From NCBI GenBank assembly GCA_048128005.1, contig JBEUKZ010000058.1, positions 248,001 through 312,000 on the forward strand: a DNA stretch of 64,000 nt, given 5' to 3'. This document shows positions 59,507 to 64,000 of the stretch, piece by piece. Positions within the stretch are counted from its first letter, which is position 1; each line of letters begins with the position of its first letter. The stretch comes from Veleropilina oligotropha. Its lineage: Eukaryota. The notes beneath the pieces were generated by a model. That model saw only the letters and a program-made list of their open reading frames with translations. It was not told the DNA's origin and did no database searches. The position numbers and the translations under genes were made by a program.

Positions 59507-62500
59507 AGCTGATACACGGGAGGGTGGTAGTGGGTGGAACGGGGTAGATAAAAAGGTATATGTTTGGTAGTTGTGACTTTTACTACTACAACTTTTAGAT
59601 TGCCCTAATCTGAAGATCAAAGATCAGGCGATATACCGCAAAATAACCCCGAACTGGGAACACCGAGGCCGGGTATTTATAAAACCCGGTACTTTATAGA
59701 CTAAACAAACGGGGGTTCTTTCTTAGAAAAAACCGCCTAAGAAAACACCTGAAAACCTCGTGGATGTTTTTAAGTTAGTACAGTGGCGTATTATCCCAGT
59801 AACCGCAGGATATCAGAATAACTAAAGTTGATATCTAAACAATCCTGCCTTTTAACGACGCTAAATATTTAAACAATAATTACCAGCAATAAGCGTCGTT
59901 AAGGAATTATCCAATATAATGAGTTACCTGTTTGCAGTCTCAAACAATATCAGATAAAATATACCGACCAGAAATTTCTTCTATACACGAAACTTCCCCT
60001 CTGAGCGGCCCATGCTTTTCTCGGCAACGGCGGCGATGTCGGTTTCACTTGATTTTCACACAACTTCCTCGAAGTTTTTGATAAATCTTGTAATTCACTG
60101 ATGTTTTATATCCTCAACACAGGGTATATTCTCTCCACAACTTATAACTATGATATAAGCTGAATTAGCGTCTTCGATTTAACGTATAAATCGTTAGACT
60201 TCGAAATATTTGCGGAGCAACAAAACACGTTTTTCCGTCATGGCGGAAAACTTTGAATTGAGGTCTTGTGATCTCGAGCTCGGATATCTCGCGAGACTTG
60301 GCGAGATCTCGCCGGGGGAACTTAGAGAGGTGGAGCAGGGGAGGTAATCGTAGTGTTTTTGGCTTAATAGTGCATAAATGTGACATTATTCACTGTTTCC
60401 GGTTGGCGATAATATGACTATTATGGCAAGAGTAAGGACGTAAGTATGTTTGTAACTACATATTGCAATGATCATTGTATAAGCACTGTTTGAAAAACTT
60501 TAACCGAAAATTTTTAACTAAGTTTCTACGTCCCAAAACACCAATTTTATGCATTATTTATATAAAATTATAATGTAAATCATTGCCAGAGTATCAGGTC
60601 ACATCCATATAACCATTATCAAAGCTTGTATATGCCAAAATGTTCCTTGAGCAATCAATATACACTCAAAGAAAAACTTTAACTGAAAAATGTCTATGTT
60701 CAAAGTGCTTGTTTCACATAAAATAAATAAAAAAATCTTTTCGTTTTTGGTTCCAACTAAAGGCTAAACTTGTCAACTTTCCATCTAAATAGGTTTGATT
60801 GAGGTATTCATCCATTAAATGGATGTAATACCTCATCCAAAAACTTTAACCAAAAGTGTGACTGGATGGACGGACGCTATCCCTATATCCCCCTTTGGCT
60901 TTTTCCTTCGGAAGCCGCAGGGGATAAAAATATTAAAAAAAGTGGGGCTTCACTGGGATAGGTGAAATGTCTCACGGATGCGGAGCATTACCGGGATAGG
61001 TGAAATGTCTTACGCATTAGGACAGGAGATCTCTGAACTGCTCAATGCTCTTCTCCACTAGTATAGTAGACAGTATTTATAAGTAGAAAAGAGCAATCCT
61101 TTATCTTTGGTGAAATGTTAATTACCATAAACTAACATTATTATATTATTAAATACAAACATCTTTACATATTTTTATTTATATGTATATCATCATAAAT
61201 ATAAATTATAACCAGACAACACATATTAAATATTCTAGTGATTCATAAATTCAGTTTTCTTCACATGTTTACTCAATACATAATGATGCATGAAATTTGC
61301 TCTGTCTTGAAAGTTGTTTTTAGATGAATAAGAACAGCTAATGTCATATGTATAGCTACGCAATCACCATTAGAGGTTGCTACTCCATCAGCTAATGTCA
61401 TATGTATAGCTACGCAATCAACATTAGAGGTTGCTACTCCATGCACAACATCAAACAGCTTGACATAAAATACTCACCACTAAATGTTCCAAATGTGAAA
61501 ATGCCAGATATAAAAAAAGTTATTAAAGTTAATAACTTACATGGTATTATTTTATTCCTATATACAGTACAAAACGTCATCATATTCTGCATCAATTTTG
61601 TTACCTTGATGCAGAAAATCTACTTTGGAGCATAAAACGGACAGTTTTTAACCATTAGATTGTAAACAGCCCTCACCATTGTCGTAAATGAAAAATATGG
61701 ATCACAAAAACAAGATTGTTTAAGAATTATATAGTTTGACAGCAAAAAAATATATAACACGGTTATTTTTATTTATTAATTTATATTATGGATCGTAAAT
61801 CCAATTAAATTCTTGCTATTTGTAAGTTAAAAATATACTGGAATATGAATTTTTCTGACTGCACTACTTCATTGACATCTGATTTGCAGCCTGTAGCCAA
61901 TTACTGAATATTGTCATTTGAGGGTGCAAATCAGTACGTCATTAATAAATGAAGTTTGACAGTTAAATATTGACAAGTAATGCGTTTAATCATGAATTAT
62001 GACAACAAAATTACTAAAATGTAACTGTTATGTTATGATATATGCATATTTATACAATATAAGCATTTACTGTACCATATTTTTAATAAATATTTTGAGT
62101 GAAAATCGTTTCCGCCGACGTTTCGGACATCTGCGCATCATAACATGTGCTTGGGTGATATGAGTTGGGTATTTAAGGCATGCCAACCTGGATTCATGTG
62201 TCAAAGGAGTAATGTATGTCAGCATCTAGTGAGTAGACATCGGACACTCAACTATATAGGATTGCTTGCTATAGGCAGATATCTATCTACCTCTTAAAAA
62301 AGGCATGCAGCTTATAATATTTATACCAGTCTACTCGAAAGATACCATAAACTGTGGTCCAGACTACCATACGACTAAAATATACTGGTTTATTAGTAAT
62401 TTTAATAATATCATTATAATCCTGTGTTTTCATGATCTGTGAAGGTTACAAATACCTTGAAATTAATCAATAACATTGTGATACATGTATATCCCCTTTA

Positions 62501-62647
62501 TACTCATTTCATACAATATACAATTTATAATAATGATCCATCAAGATGCACGCAATAGACAATTCAACATAATTTATCATAAACGGTGCATGGTACATAT
62601 GACTCGTACACATATTTCATGTATTTAAATAACAGAGTTCCATTTTG

Positions 62648-62767
62648 CTAAAATTTTAAGTTCCCGATGGAAGGTAGATCCGGCAGCTTCATGTCCTTGA
62701 TTTTCTGCGGGAGGTTCATCTCCTTGACTGCGGACATGGCTCGGGCGGGTGCCGCGGTGATACCGGC
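62648..62767 (-). CDS. AP3S: AP-3 complex subunit sigma, last coding exon
   Basis: Acceptor ttcatttcag; encodes AGITAAPARAMSAVKEMNLPQKIKDMKLPDLPSIGNLKF-stop, matching the sigma-3 C-terminus as I recall it (AGLAGAPARAVSAVKNMNLP); phase 0 with the upstream exon. Confidence 0.92.
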   Translation of the reverse strand, partial: AGITAAPARAMSAVKEMNLPQKIKDMKLPDLPSIGNLKF

Positions 62768-63270
62768 CTGAAATGAAGGAGTTTATTACGGATCTCTCAC
62801 GCATCCCTTAAAATGATCATTGTCATACCATCGTGGAAGGAAGGAGTTTACTTGGGGATATCACACGAATCCCTTATAGTGCTGATTGTACTACGCCTGG
62901 AAGGAGGGATTTCATTTATAGGGATCTCTCACGCATCCCTTATACTGCTGAATGCACTACCAGCCTGGAAGGAGGGATTTCATTAATAGGGATCTCTCAC
63001 GCATCCCTTATACTGCTGATGGCACTACCAGCCTGGAAGGACGGATTTCATTAATAGGGATCTCTCACGCATCCCTTATGCTGCTGAATGCACTGCCAGC
63101 CTGGAAGAAGGGATTTCATTTATAGGGATCTCTCACGCATCCCTTATAATGCTGATGGCACTACCAGCCTGGAAGGAGGGATTTCATTTATAGGGATCTC
63201 TCACGCATCCCTTATACTGCTGATGGCACTACCAGCCTGGAGGAAGGAATTTGTTTACGGATATCACACT
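62755..63270. repeat. 68-bp minisatellite in the last AP3S intron
   Basis: Unit cctggaaggagggatttcatttatagggatctctcacgcatcccttatactgctgatggcactaccag, about 7.5 copies. Confidence 0.92.
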
Positions 63271-63434
63271 TATTGCATATATTGCTGTTTGAGACATATA
63301 TATTATGACATTGTTAGGCATGAGATGGAAGCAGAATACTTCGCAAATAAATGTTTGCTGCTATTAGGTTCCCATAGATTTGCATAATAACATAGCTGCT
63401 TGTATCATACAATTTCATAACTATGGCCTTGTAC

Positions 63435-63542
63435 CTCAGCTTTCTCTAATTTGCTTTGTTCGTCAATTCGAGTGAGTATCTCGGTCATATTTGTTTCCAG
63501 CACCATTCCTCCCATCACGAGTTCAGCTAATATGTAATGCAC
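63435..63542 (-). CDS. AP3S: AP-3 complex subunit sigma, penultimate coding exon (108 nt)
   Basis: Acceptor cccttcag and donor gtacaa; encodes VHYILAELVMGGMVLETNMTEILTRIDEQSKLEKAE, the sigma-3 signature. Upstream exons lie beyond the window. Confidence 0.95.
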
Positions 63543-64000
63543 CTGAAGGGACAGACATAAAATAAAGATATCGACAAAAATTCTGGGCCCACTACAGTCG
63601 ATTCCACTTAATAACATAGGTACGTTGTCAGACAAAATTATGCTAATAACCGAACTATGTTATTATCCGAATGGCATAATTCGAGAAAAAATATCGGGAA
63701 AGGGAGATAATCAATTGCTGTTATATCCGTTCAATTATATGCCTTGAGGTGTTCAAGTCTTTGTAATATTAAGTTAATTGATACTTATAATAATAATCAG
63801 TCTTATTTCAACAACTGTTGCAGACTTTAATGTTTATTCATTCAGAAAGGACTAGGTCTTGATGTACACGTACCTTGATTATCATCAACTTGTAGCCTAA
63901 TCCGAAACAAGATGGAAGACGCGAATGATTGACAGTTCTGATGCAACATGTATAGTTTTGTAACAAAGTCATATGCATACTTGTTGTCAGTGTAATGTTT

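Larger units (their letters stand above)
45786..60462 (-). mobile_element. DIRS1-type retrotransposon, copy C (second family), interrupted by copy B
   Basis: ITRs 45786-46023 and 60249-60462, ICR about 46085-46176, degenerate gag, pol and YR colinear with A and B. Confidence 0.95.
44957..60930 (+). mobile_element. HINE-like tandem-array element that received DIRS C
   Basis: 5' aacaagtgctatcg; about 175-bp units with aaaactttaacc on both sides of DIRS C (45240-45788 and 60463-60860); ggacggacg and 3' hairpin tatcccc...ggggata. Confidence 0.55.

Noticed and set aside
62833..63387. Plus-strand ORFs of 73 and 99 aa
   Set aside because: Translations of the 68-bp intronic minisatellite.
63874..63937. 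Next upstream AP3S exon
   Set aside because: Has plausible splice sites, but no frame resembles the expected sigma-adaptin sequence (roughly ETLDKCFENVCELDLIF).

Overview
AT-rich animal genomic DNA, probably a mollusc or other lophotrochozoan (inferred only from the repeat families). It is almost entirely nested mobile elements, plus the last two coding exons of a host AP-3 sigma adaptin gene (minus strand, 62648-63542). Main contents: (i) three DIRS1-type tyrosine-recombinase retrotransposons, all on the minus strand and all with ITRs and an internal complementary region (ICR): copy A 6806-15129, copy B 47773-55182 (same family as A) and copy C 45786-60462 (diverged family, with B inserted in its YR gene); all three have disrupted ORFs; (ii) a full-length but frameshifted BEL/Pao LTR element (25410-32962, TSD ATGAC); (iii) truncated LINEs, tRNA-derived SINEs, Harbinger-, hAT5- and Tc1-like non-autonomous DNA elements, Helentron/HINE-like tandem-array elements and a 17-bp satellite. 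The most interesting signals are non-coding. The two DIRS families share covarying secondary-structure domains in their 3' and 5' non-coding regions (G-U bias favouring the antisense strand), an attC-like hairpin at the predicted circle junction, and a gag UAG followed in frame by the long YR ORF. The BEL element has no tRNA primer site and instead shows a Tf1-like self-priming geometry. All comparisons were made by eye; no searches or folding programs were run.
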